From Geobacter sulfurreducens PCA (lineage in GTDB: Bacteria; Desulfobacterota; Desulfuromonadia; Geobacterales; Geobacteraceae), in NCBI RefSeq assembly GCF_000007985.2, contig NC_002939.5, positions 2,730,001-2,762,000 on the forward strand: a stretch of DNA of 32,000 nucleotides, written 5' to 3'. The position numbers and the translations under genes are program-made. Positions 17,308 through 27,000 of the stretch are shown piece after piece (within the stretch, counting starts at the first letter, position 1; each line of letters starts with the position of its first letter). The notes under the pieces were generated by a model. The model ran no database searches, had not been told where the DNA came from, and saw only the letters and a program-made list of their open reading frames with translations.

Positions 17308-18486
17308 TTACGGGCTCATCAATATCCGTTCGAGTTCTTCCTGGCTCATCCGCGGCGGCGTCAGCTTCACTTCCCTGGTCTCCTCCACCATGACCCCCAG
17401 GAAGGCCCTCATCATCCCCTCGGTCAGGACGTTGGCGGTGGACACCCTCCGCCAGTCATAGAAGAACACACCGTCATCCCCGGTGTTCCTGCTCTTGGTG
17501 GCCCAGATCACCATTTTGCTGGAGCGTTCCAGCAGTTGCAGCGAAAAATCGACCCGGGGCTTGCCGGAGCCGCTGGGCATGTCCCGGTACTCGAAGACCC
17601 GGCCCGTGAGGATGAAATCGGTTTCCAGGTTGTTGGCCAGCAGGTCCGCCGCCGGCAGGGAGATGCCGTTCTGCATGATGATCCTCATGGCCAGCATCTT
17701 GCCCCGGATCACCCCCGGCTCGAGCACCGCGAACGCCTTGGACGACACCAGCTGCTTCACCACGTGCAGCACCATGATCTCCCCGGCATTGGTGCGATCG
17801 CTCTCGTTGAAGAACGGCAGGACCGCCACGCTGTAGCGGCGCCTGGGGTCAAGCTCCATGAAGCGGTACGCTTCCTTGGGCTTGAACCGCCGCTCCCAGC
17901 CGGGGGCAGGAGCCTCCTCGCCCGCCAGCTTGTGCAGCAGCGACCCGGACAGGCGGTCGAGGGCCCGGTTCCACAGGACCGACGGGTCTTCCACGATGCC
18001 GATCCCCAGGATTCCCGGGGCATCGTCACCGGCCATCCCCACGCTGTCCATCCAGAGGATTTCCGGCTTTTCCCCCGTGGCCACCAGGCGGGCAACCAGG
18101 GACACCTTGGGGGGGCTCACGTCGCTGTAGTACTCCAGACTCATGATGAGGACCGCGTCCACCCCGGCCTTGGCCTTGAACGCGGCCGACGTCTCCAGAT
18201 CGAGGCCGCCGGTGTAGCGGATGCGCTGCTGCTCCATGAACCGCCGCAGATCGGCCTCGTCCATGATGCGCACCCCGTTCTGCCGGAGCCGCTCCGTGAA
18301 CCCGCTGCGCATGGCCGCCAGGGGCGCGTCGGCGCCGCTCAGGTCTTCCATGGGGTAGACCGCCACCAGCGGACCGGACGGCCGGCCGGCCTCCACGGAA
18401 AGACGCGCGCATCCCGCCGCCAGGAGGAGCAGAACCAGCGGCAGCAGTGCGAGCAGTCTATTGGAACAGCTTCGAGATGAGATCAT
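17308..18486 (-). CDS. lipoprotein with two tandem LpoB/TolB-N/DUF799-like domains
   Basis: 392 aa with lipobox LLLAAGC. Two repeats of the pattern hVAVhP(M/F)..(L/N).S ... DAVL/DFIL..(S/G).hE.Y ... V.h.h.Lh ... (I/V)(L/I)W occur, at LVAVYPMEDLS... and SVAVLPFFNESD... Its start overlaps the upstream gene end by 29 nt. Confidence 0.7.
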   Translation of the reverse strand: MISSRSCSNRLLALLPLVLLLLAAGCARLSVEAGRPSGPLVAVYPMEDLSGADAPLAAMRSGFTERLRQNGVRIMDEADLRRFMEQQRIRYTGGLDLETSAAFKAKAGVDAVLIMSLEYYSDVSPPKVSLVARLVATGEKPEILWMDSVGMAGDDAPGILGIGIVEDPSVLWNRALDRLSGSLLHKLAGEEAPAPGWERRFKPKEAYRFMELDPRRRYSVAVLPFFNESDRTNAGEIMVLHVVKQLVSSKAFAVLEPGVIRGKMLAMRIIMQNGISLPAADLLANNLETDFILTGRVFEYRDMPSGSGKPRVDFSLQLLERSSKMVIWATKSRNTGDDGVFFYDWRRVSTANVLTEGMMRAFLGVMVEETREVKLTPPRMSQEELERILMSP

Positions 18487-19057
18487 CGACCGCTTTCTCA
18501 GTCACATCGTTGAGGGGCCTGCCGCCGCCGCCGAGAAGGCGGTCCGTGAACCCGATCCCCCCCTCCGTGGCCGATGCGGACCAGACGACCCTCCCGGTCT
18601 GGGCCTCCATCACCTGGAGGCTCAGGGAGATAACGTCGGCCATGGACGAGCCCGAGCGGACGTCGCCGTACTCCCGTACCATGCCCGTAATGACCGCGTC
18701 GGCCTTGATCATCTTGGCCAGCTTAACCACTTCCTCGGGGGTGGGGGCAGTGGGGTTCATGACGCCGGCCACCCCCGTCACCCGGCTGACCTCGCCCACG
18801 GGGATGACGTAGAGGGCCCCCGTGGCCAGCAGCTTGGTGTTGAACACGTCCCTGACCCGCTCCGCGGCCTGGGTGTCCTTGGACAGGTTGCCGAAGGGCA
18901 TCACCGCCACGCTCTGGATCGCCCCGAAGTCCATGTTGGGGTCCCGGAAATGCTCCACGTGGGAACAGCCCTGCATCAGCAGGAACGCAAAGAGGCCGAA
19001 GATTCCGCAGAATGCCCGCATCAGGGCGCCGGTGTGGGTGACGAATCGTGATCTCAT
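18458..19057 (-). CDS. lipoprotein, single LpoB/TolB-N/DUF799-like domain
   Basis: 199 aa from ATG 19057 (GGAGAGAGGG SD) with lipobox FLLMQGC. It shows SVAVMPFGNLSKD ... ADAVITGMVREYG ... VISLSLQVMEAQTGRVVWSAS. Confidence 0.7.
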   Translation of the reverse strand: MRSRFVTHTGALMRAFCGIFGLFAFLLMQGCSHVEHFRDPNMDFGAIQSVAVMPFGNLSKDTQAAERVRDVFNTKLLATGALYVIPVGEVSRVTGVAGVMNPTAPTPEEVVKLAKMIKADAVITGMVREYGDVRSGSSMADVISLSLQVMEAQTGRVVWSASATEGGIGFTDRLLGGGGRPLNDVTEKAVDDLISKLFQ

Positions 19058-19079
19058 ATATGCCCTCTCTCCGTGGAAA

Positions 19080-21269
19080 TCAGAACGCGAATCTCAGGGT
19101 GCTGCTGAAGGTGCGCGACTCGGACGACTGGCTGACCGACGTGCTCTTCAGGTACAGATAGGACATATCCAGGTAGGAGCCCCCCCGGATGTTCCAGCGC
19201 ATACTCGGCACGATGGTCCGGTCCTTCTGGTTGGCAGATGAATTGTACGCCTCATTATAGGAAAAACTCAACTGCAGGGCGCCGTCCCGGAACGGAGACC
19301 AGGTTCCGCCGATGTTCCGGGTGGTGACCATGTCCTTGTTCTTTTCCATGATAACGCCGAAGGCCCCGAACAGGTAGACGGAGCGCAGCGGGTTGAAGGC
19401 CGCCGACAGGTCGCCGCGGTGGGTGAAGGTGGAGTTGTCGGGCAAGCCGCCGCCGGTCTGTTCGGTCATGTTGCCGGAATAGCTCGCGTTCACCGTCAGG
19501 GTCGAGTGGGGCAGCAGGGTGAGGCCGAAGGTGACGATGGTGGTATTGGTCTTCTGGCCCGACTCGGCGGTGGCCATGCTGTAGCCCCCGTTCAGGTTCA
19601 CGTCCACCCCTTGGTAGAGGGTGGCGCTGTTGTTGAGGAACAGCGAATTGGTGTCGCTTTTCCTCCCGTCGATCTCCTCGTTGCGGCCGCTGAAGACCAG
19701 GCTGTGGGTCAGCGTGGGGAGCGGGGTGGCCGTCAGCAGGGCACTGTAGATGTAGGAGACGCGGGCGCCCTGATTCTCCTTGGAGTCCTCCCGGGCGAAC
19801 CGGGCGCTGGTCGACAGGTACTGATTGAACCGGTGGCTCGCGGAAAGACCGTTCGACAGGATGTAGCGGGAGGTGGAGAAGAAGTCCGAGTCACTCCGGT
19901 CGTAGTAGTAGCTCAGCTCGTAGTTCAGGTTCGGATTTTCCAGGATCCTCACCCGCATGTTGGTGTCGAGCACGTGGGAGACCTGGCTCGTGGTGCGTCG
20001 CTGGACATCCTCGAACTGGACGAACCCTTCCAGCTCGGTCACCTGGATGTCGGTCAGGTTCGCGGTGGGGTTCACCAGCGAAACGGTGCCCAGGGGCAGG
20101 GGCGAGGTAACGACCTTCAGGTACCGGGAGGTGGCGCCGGAAAAGCCCAGCTCGTAGAACCAGCCGGTGCCCGCCTCGTTGCTCCTGAACGGTGCCGAGG
20201 GCAGGAGCTGCACCAGGGTCCAGTTCAGGTTGTCGCTGCTGGTGTAGATCGTCCAGGAGAACCGGTTCTCGATGTCCGAGGGGAGGTCCGTGTTGAGCCA
20301 GACGCGGATGCGGTTCACGGTCACCGCGCCGCCGAAGTCGAAGCCCAGGTTCCGGGGCCTGATGTCGCCCCCCACCGGCTGGATGCCGATGGTGACGTTG
20401 CTCCCCGTGTTCAGGTTCCCGTCCACCAGCGCCGGGTTGGCGGCCAGGGTGACCAGCAGGGGCGTATCGGTCAGGGCCGACAGGCCGGCCGTGGGAAAGA
20501 GCCGGAACAGGGCACTGTTGGTCTCCTGGGACGAGATGTTGTAGTTGGCGTAGAGGGTGACCCGGTCCTGCCAGAACTGGTCGTTGTAGGTCACCCGGCC
20601 GGTGTGGGTCAGGACCGTGGTGTTGTTCCGGGTCAGGTTGTCCGTGGCATCGGTATAGAGCCCCTGGTAGTTCAGCTCCACCTGCTCCACCGGCTTATAG
20701 CGGGAACCCAGGTTGTACGAATTGAGCACCACATCCTGGAACTGCCGGTCGGCATCGTAGGAATTGGTCCGCGTATAGAGGAACTCCAGGGAGGGGAGCC
20801 CCTCGGGTCTGAGGCTCAGCTTGGCGTTGTAGTTCTCGTGGATGATGTTGGACGAGGCGATCCCCTCGGTATCGGAAATCTCCTGGCGCCGGTTGTAGCC
20901 CAGTCCCGCGGAATAGAGGGGGGTGCCCAGGGTCAGGTCCAGGAAGGGGCTCACCTTCAGCAGGGTGGTATCGAGCTGGTTGTCGTTCAACTCCGCACGG
21001 GTCATGGTGTAGTCGACAGTGCCGCCGCCCGTGAAGCGCAGGGTCGGGTAGAGCATCCGGTCCAGGGACAGGTTGTAGCGCTGTAGGATCGAGCTGCTCT
21101 TGGTGGTCGTGGTCACATTGCCGGCATCCGTCGATTGGTTGTCGGAATTGACGTAGCTCAGCTCCAGGAACCCCCGCAGCCCCTCGGCCCCCGCCGTGGC
21201 CGGCAGCAGCGCGGCCGCGAGGGCCGCTGCTGCCATGAACCCGTGGAGTATCCGCATCCCGTTGCCCAC
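19080..21269 (-). CDS. large outer-membrane beta-barrel protein with an inserted discoidin (F5/8 type C)-like domain
   Basis: 729 aa from GTG 21269 (or ATG 21257) with signal peptide ...LLPATAGA. It has alternating-hydrophobicity strands rich in Y/N/S/T and the C-terminal OMP signature ...STLRFAF. Residues ~255-415 (nt 20025-20507) read LVDGNLNTGSNV...NLGFDFGGAVTVNRIRVW...WTIYTSSDNLNWTLV...SRYLKVV. Confidence 0.75.
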   Translation of the reverse strand: MGNGMRILHGFMAAAALAAALLPATAGAEGLRGFLELSYVNSDNQSTDAGNVTTTTKSSSILQRYNLSLDRMLYPTLRFTGGGTVDYTMTRAELNDNQLDTTLLKVSPFLDLTLGTPLYSAGLGYNRRQEISDTEGIASSNIIHENYNAKLSLRPEGLPSLEFLYTRTNSYDADRQFQDVVLNSYNLGSRYKPVEQVELNYQGLYTDATDNLTRNNTTVLTHTGRVTYNDQFWQDRVTLYANYNISSQETNSALFRLFPTAGLSALTDTPLLVTLAANPALVDGNLNTGSNVTIGIQPVGGDIRPRNLGFDFGGAVTVNRIRVWLNTDLPSDIENRFSWTIYTSSDNLNWTLVQLLPSAPFRSNEAGTGWFYELGFSGATSRYLKVVTSPLPLGTVSLVNPTANLTDIQVTELEGFVQFEDVQRRTTSQVSHVLDTNMRVRILENPNLNYELSYYYDRSDSDFFSTSRYILSNGLSASHRFNQYLSTSARFAREDSKENQGARVSYIYSALLTATPLPTLTHSLVFSGRNEEIDGRKSDTNSLFLNNSATLYQGVDVNLNGGYSMATAESGQKTNTTIVTFGLTLLPHSTLTVNASYSGNMTEQTGGGLPDNSTFTHRGDLSAAFNPLRSVYLFGAFGVIMEKNKDMVTTRNIGGTWSPFRDGALQLSFSYNEAYNSSANQKDRTIVPSMRWNIRGGSYLDMSYLYLKSTSVSQSSESRTFSSTLRFAF

Positions 21270-21272
21270 GCC

Positions 21273-22721
21273 TTACCTTTCGCCCGCCACGACCACGCGG
21301 CAGGGCTCGTCGCCCACGTCGATCTGCGCCACCTCCCGCTTGCCCACCAGGCCGATGAACTGCAGCCGCTTCACGCCGGAGAGGAGGGCCAGGAGATTGT
21401 TGTGCTCGCCGTCGATGGTCAGGTACGAGGGACTGCCGCCGCCGGAGATGAAATTGCCCGGCAGGAGCGAAAAGGGGTCGAAGACGTCGATCACGGTGTC
21501 GCTCCGCTTGGCGATGTAGATCTGGTCGGTGGACGTGTCGATCTTGATCGTCCGCGCCCCCATCCCCACGTAAACCCGCTTGGCGACGAGCCTGTTGGTA
21601 AGATCGATATCGACCAGGTAGGGGGAAAGCTCGTGGATGACCAGCAGCCGGTCGCCCCGCCGGTTCAGCTGCGCCCAGAGGGGCGAGGTTTCGGTAGGCA
21701 GCGTGGCGACCACGGCGCGCCGCGCGATGTCCACCACCGACACCGAGTTGGACAGGGTATTGAGCACGTAGGCCGTGCGTCCCAGCCGGTCCACGATCAC
21801 GGCGCCGGGCCTGCTCCCCACGATGACCCGGGCCAGTTCCGACTGGGAGGCCGGGTCCACGAAGCTGAGCGTATTGGAGCCGTTGTTGGCCACCAGCAGG
21901 GTCCTGCCGTCGGGGGTCAGGGCCAGTTCGACCGGGCCGTCGCCGATGCTGAGCCGGATGCGGGTCAGGGAATAGTCGGCCATCAGGTCGATGACCTCGA
22001 TGGCGTCGTCGCCCGACAGGGCCACGTAGGCCCGGCGCGCCGCCTGATCGAAGACGATGCCGGCCGGCGCCCGCCCGGTCTCGATGAACTCCGTGACCCG
22101 GGCCTCCCGCTTGTCGAACACCGCGATGGTGTTGGCCCCCTTGTTGGTGACGAAGCCCGTGAGTCCCCACAGGGGCCGCCCGGGGATCTCGGCCTTGAAG
22201 ACCGGCGAGAAGCTGAAGCGCTTGCTGACCGATGCATCTTCATCCAGCGTGAGGGAGATGAGGATACCCTTCTGGGGTTCCACCACGAAGGGGAAGTCGA
22301 TCATGACCGGCTTCTCGGGGGGCAGCAGGGCCATTCGCCCCTCGTCGGTCTTGGTGCCCGCCCCCGAGATCCGGAACGACAGGCCGCTGTAGCGCCCCCC
22401 CGGCAGGATCGCCGACCCCAGCATCCGCTGCCACTTCATGGTGGCGGGGCTCGCCTCGGTCAGCCTGAGGGAGAGGGGTATCTCCGTGCCGTCGCTCTTG
22501 ATCGCCGAAACCCCCGCCACGGTGAAGTCGAGCCGGCCGGCGTCCCGGGGGAAAGGCTCCAGGTAGAGGAACAGTTCCCCCTCGGCGAACAGCTGGGGCT
22601 TGGTGACGACAACGGGCGCGTGGCAGCCGCTGCACGTCAGCGCGGCGAGCACGGCGACCCACAGAACGATGAGGAGGGCAGCCCCGCGGGACGTCATGCG
22701 CTTGGGAGAATTCTCGTTCAT
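21273..22721 (-). CDS. YVTN-family beta-propeller protein with N-terminal signal/anchor and a single CXXCH
   Basis: 482 aa from ATG 22721 (GGGGAG SD; the track start 22769 would overlap the upstream gene). It has repeated ~40-aa units of the type GSRPGAVIVDRLGRTAYVLNTLSNSVSVVD. The N-terminus is ...LAALTCSGCHAPV. Confidence 0.75.
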   Translation of the reverse strand: MNENSPKRMTSRGAALLIVLWVAVLAALTCSGCHAPVVVTKPQLFAEGELFLYLEPFPRDAGRLDFTVAGVSAIKSDGTEIPLSLRLTEASPATMKWQRMLGSAILPGGRYSGLSFRISGAGTKTDEGRMALLPPEKPVMIDFPFVVEPQKGILISLTLDEDASVSKRFSFSPVFKAEIPGRPLWGLTGFVTNKGANTIAVFDKREARVTEFIETGRAPAGIVFDQAARRAYVALSGDDAIEVIDLMADYSLTRIRLSIGDGPVELALTPDGRTLLVANNGSNTLSFVDPASQSELARVIVGSRPGAVIVDRLGRTAYVLNTLSNSVSVVDIARRAVVATLPTETSPLWAQLNRRGDRLLVIHELSPYLVDIDLTNRLVAKRVYVGMGARTIKIDTSTDQIYIAKRSDTVIDVFDPFSLLPGNFISGGGSPSYLTIDGEHNNLLALLSGVKRLQFIGLVGKREVAQIDVGDEPCRVVVAGER

Positions 22722-22747
22722 GGTGCTCCCCGATCCCCTTGCCACGG

Positions 22748-24061
22748 TCATGGCACGGACGTGTGGCATTTGGTGCAGAGCGTCGACTGCTCCGGCGAGA
22801 AGAGCGACGCGGGCCGGTCATAGTACGCCCTGAGGGCTTCCATCTCGCTGCGCCCCTGGCCGTAGGGCTGGTAGGCCTCCCCTTCCTGTGAATACTTGCC
22901 GTTGTAGACCACGTAGGGCGTCTTGGTGTTCCAGCGGGTGGCGCTGTCCCAGCCGCCGGCGTGGGCCCGGTGGCAGGTGAGGCACATGACGCGGGGGGTG
23001 CCGTCCGCGGTGCTGGGCCCCTTGGTGGGGGTGGCCGTCACGATATTCCTCAGCAGGGTGTAGTTGTTGGTTCCCGCCTCGAAGGGGACCAGCGACAGCC
23101 AGGAGGTGGCCTCCACGCCGGACAGGTCCCCGGTCTTGATGTACCGGTTGTAGTAATCCACCATGGCGCCGCCCAGGGGGGCCTCGGTGCCGGCCGGGTG
23201 CACCAGCCCTCCCCCGCTGCCGTCCCGGTGGATGTTCGGGTGACAGTTCCGGCACCACTCGGACATCCCCTGGCCGTAGGCCACGCGGGTCGCGGTGGTG
23301 CTTTCGCTCCGGTTGTAGTCGGCCGGGGCCACCGCCGCCGGGGGTCCGTTGATGAAGGAAAAGGCCGGTCCCAGCGACTTGGGGTAATAGCCGTTCCCCC
23401 CCAGGAGCCGGTAGGCGCCCACGGCCATGGCGGCATCGGGCTCGACGCCGGTGGCGTAGCTCCCCGAGCCCCGGATCGGCTTGCCCGTGACCGCAATGGA
23501 GCCGTCCTGGTCGCGGCGGTAGCGGCCGTGGGGGTCGTGGCAGGCGACGCAGGACAGGCCCGCCGCCGGATAGCTGCCGCCGGGGGCCGTCAGGTGGAGG
23601 GCATCCTGGAGATAGCCGTAGTCCCCCGCCACCACGTTATGGCCGTGCCGGTCCCCCTCGCTGCTCGAAAGCGTCGAGCCAAAGGCCGGAATCCAGGTGT
23701 AGGATTTCCTGAGCCAGCCGAAATCGCCGCCGGGCCCCAGCTGCTTGGGCGGGACCCCGAACGGCATCTCGAACCCCGGCGTGCTCACGTGATAGGAGGT
23801 GGGGCCCACATCCCCCGCCTTCTCGTGACAGTTCAGGCAGGTGGAGCTGGAATCGCCCCCCTTCAGGAGATAGCGGTTGCCCATGCCCACGGGGCGGCCG
23901 TTGGTGGCCACCGCGAAGCCCCCTTCCGAGTTGTGCATGGTGTGACACCCTTCGCACTCGCCCGCGCCCCCTTCGTGAAAGGCGAGGGAACGGCCTGTGG
24001 TGGCCGGCAGCAGTACCGGCAGCACGACCAGGAGCGCAAGTATGGCCTTGGGTGCTTTCAC
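22748..24061 (-). CDS. OmcS-family hexahaem cytochrome c, third paralogue
   Basis: 437 aa. Its GTG start overlaps the upstream stop (GTGA, 24058-24061), with AAGGAA SD. Signal peptide ...GRSLA then FHEGGAGECEGCHTMHNS. Six CXXCH are collinear with OmcS/OmcT, and blocks GPGGDFGWLRKSYTW, VGAYRLLGG, TRVAYGQGMSEWC.NCH and CLTCHRAHAGGWDS are shared. Confidence 0.9.
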   Translation of the reverse strand: MKAPKAILALLVVLPVLLPATTGRSLAFHEGGAGECEGCHTMHNSEGGFAVATNGRPVGMGNRYLLKGGDSSSTCLNCHEKAGDVGPTSYHVSTPGFEMPFGVPPKQLGPGGDFGWLRKSYTWIPAFGSTLSSSEGDRHGHNVVAGDYGYLQDALHLTAPGGSYPAAGLSCVACHDPHGRYRRDQDGSIAVTGKPIRGSGSYATGVEPDAAMAVGAYRLLGGNGYYPKSLGPAFSFINGPPAAVAPADYNRSESTTATRVAYGQGMSEWCRNCHPNIHRDGSGGGLVHPAGTEAPLGGAMVDYYNRYIKTGDLSGVEATSWLSLVPFEAGTNNYTLLRNIVTATPTKGPSTADGTPRVMCLTCHRAHAGGWDSATRWNTKTPYVVYNGKYSQEGEAYQPYGQGRSEMEALRAYYDRPASLFSPEQSTLCTKCHTSVP

Positions 24062-27000
24062 GCCGATTCCTTAATGGGTCGACCCTGGGCCGGGTACGGG
24101 TTGCCGTGCTGCCGGCCCGTCATGGTCGCGATGATTTCCCGCATCCTGCGGACAAATTCCGCCTGGTCCGGAAGCGGCTTGCCGCGCGCCTCCGCCCCGC
24201 TCAACTCCTCGTTGTAGGCAAGCCGGACGGCCTCCATCACCTCGGCGGCCAGCCTTTTGGCCGAGCCATCCCGCCCCCTGCCGTTAATGTCCGCCTGGCC
24301 GATGATCACCCGCTCGTCGCTGTCCACGAAATCAACCACCGTCAGCTCACGGCTGACGCGGCTCATGACCGCGGCAACGTTCACGACGACCCGGCGACCA
24401 GATTCATCTAGCAAGGCCAATGCCAGTTGATCGAGCGGCAGCGGACTGCTCGCCATTTCCTCCAGGTATTCGCTGCGCAGGAACCGCCACGGAGCGAACG
24501 CGGCATAGTTCCCTTCCAGCTCGGAGACCAGGAGGCCGAACCGGGGCGAATCGTAGCGCCCGCCCAGGAAGATGGCCCGGGCCTCCAGGGCCAGGGCCGC
24601 GGCGCGGTCGAGCCTCATCCAGCGGTTCTCCCGGGCGAGCCGGTCCGCCGGCGGCACGCTGTCGTCCAGGTAGGCCAGGACGCTCTCCCGGTGCCGGGCA
24701 AGGGCGTTCACGTTGACCTCCGGCAGCGCTGACTTGCCGGTGGAACGGGGAACCGAGAATTCGAGATAGAGGTTGTCGTCAGTGTTAATTCTACCAGTAC
24801 GGCTGAACCTGTCAGCACCCGCCGTGCCCATGACGAAATAACTCAGCAGGTCGGTGGCGCTCCCCATCTGCACCCGTGCCAGATCGGCGGCCACGGCCGG
24901 CACGGCGATCCGGGCGGCCAGCTCGTCCTCGCTCAGGAGGATGGGGGCGTTGCTGCCGATGAGCATGGCATCCCCCTGGGTCATCCAGACCAGGACGTGG
25001 CGGTAAGCCTGCCGGAAGGTCCGGACCACCGACCTGAGATCGTCGGCGGAAAGATCGTAGAGGGGGAGCCACTGGCACATGATGCCGCCGGCCCGCAGGT
25101 GCTCTGCGGCCAGCTCGAAATACTCGCGGGTGTAGTTGTAGCCGGCGCCGCTCAGCCACGGGTGGATCGGATCGGCGGTGATCACGTCGTAGCGCTCGCC
25201 CGTGGTCGCCAGGTAGTTGCGGCCGTCGCTGAACGCCACCCGCAGCCGGCGGTCTCCGAGCACGCCGTGGTTGTAGGCGGCAAAGGAGCGCGTCACCCCC
25301 AGCACCTTCGGCTCCACCTCGGCCAGCGTCATCTCGGACACGCTCGGGTGGAGCGAAACAGCGCCAAGGGTAATCCCGCTGCCCGCGCCGATCACCAGCA
25401 CCTTGCGCGGGTTGCGGTGCAGAAGCATGGGCAGGTGACCCAGGGCGTACTGGTTCTGAAGGCTCTCATTGTGGTCGGACGCCTCGATCCGGCCGTTGCG
25501 CAGGAACGCCTGGTAGCCCCCCCTGATCCTGATGGAGCTGACGATGGACTGGATTCCCTCGGCGTAATAGAGGACATCGGTGTGCCGCTTGGCCTCGGCA
25601 ATCAGGTCCGGGGTCCTGAACACCTCCGGCTGGTTGGTGCGGTAGATGGCAAAGTACTTGGCGTCCCAGATCCGGGGCATGGTGCCGGCAACGGCCATGA
25701 CGCCGACCACAGCCAGCACGGTGCCCGCCGTGGCCAGCCTGCGGGGGGTGCCACGCAGCAGGCGCGCCAGGATCAACAGGCCGAAACCGGCGTTTACCGT
25801 GGCCAGCAGGTAGAGGGAGCGCTCGATGCCGAAGACCTGGATCAACACGAAACCGCTCACCACGGTGCCGAGAATGGCGCCGATCGTGTTGCAGGTCAGC
25901 ACCTCGCCCACGGCATGCCCCACCTTGCGCCGCCGGCAGGCGTCAAGGGTGCCGGCCAGGGGAAAGGCCACCCCCATGAAAAAGGCCGGGATGAACAGGT
26001 AGGAAAAGACCAGGGCGAAATTGGCGAACTGACGCGCGCGGAACAGGTCGGTGCTTTGCGACAGGAAGAGGTCCTGGAGGAAGAACACCCTGGTGGGAAG
26101 ATCGCGGATGAGAATGGTCACCAGCAGCGCGCTGAGGCCGATCACGATCTGCACCACGCCGAACCCGCCGATCAGCTTGGACACGGGACAGCCCCCCTCC
26201 TCGGGCGGCCGGAGGCGGCGGGCCCACAGGCCATAAGCCCCGCTGCCCGCGGCAATGCCGGTCAGGAAGGCCGCCAGCATCAAAGTGAAGCCGTACACAT
26301 TCGTGCCGATCACGATCCCCAGGACCCGGGTCCAGAGCACCTCGTACCCCAGGGCGCAGAAGCCGCTGACCCCGATCCCCCAGACCACGAGCCCGATGCG
26401 GGCCTTCTCCTCGGGCAGCGTAACAGCGGACAGGGGCGCCGGGGCCTCATCCTCGCCGGCCTCCAGGTACCGGGCCGCCGGGCCCTGGAGCGCGAAGCAG
26501 GCGATGCCCAGCAGCACGTTGACGGTGATCGCGCCGGCCATGGTGTTCGATACCCCGAACCGCCCCAACAGGTAGAATCCGGCCCCAAAACAGCCGGCCA
26601 CCGCGCCGAAGGTGTTCAGGGCGTAGAGGTAGGCCACCCCCCGCCCCACCGCGCGCCGGCCCCGGACCATGAACGCGGCCAGCACCGGCAGGGTCCCCCC
26701 CAGCAGGGTCGTGGGGACGATGAGCGCGATGGCGGCGAGCACGATCCGCAGGGTGAGCAAGGCCACGCGGGGCAGCTGGTGCGAATGCTCGGTCAGCGAC
26801 TCGAAGGAGTAGGCGGGCATCAGGGAATAGAGGTTGAGCAGGGCGATGAAGAGCAGGGCGAAAAAGGCGATGCCGATCTCAAGGGCACCGTAGAGGCGCA
26901 GCAGGTTCCGGGTGGTGCGCACGCGCCGGCCGAAGAGCCAGCTACCCAGGGCAAGCCCCCCCATGACCACGGCCAGCACCGTGGTCACCGCCAGGTGCGA

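Noticed and set aside
19080-21269. Calling the barrel a canonical porin-cytochrome (Pcc/Mtr-type) conduit porin
   Set aside because: The usual flanking pair is absent: there is no ~8-10-haem periplasmic cytochrome gene immediately upstream and no lipoprotein multihaem cytochrome downstream. The barrel also carries a discoidin-like insert not known from those porins, so I leave it as a novel OMP.
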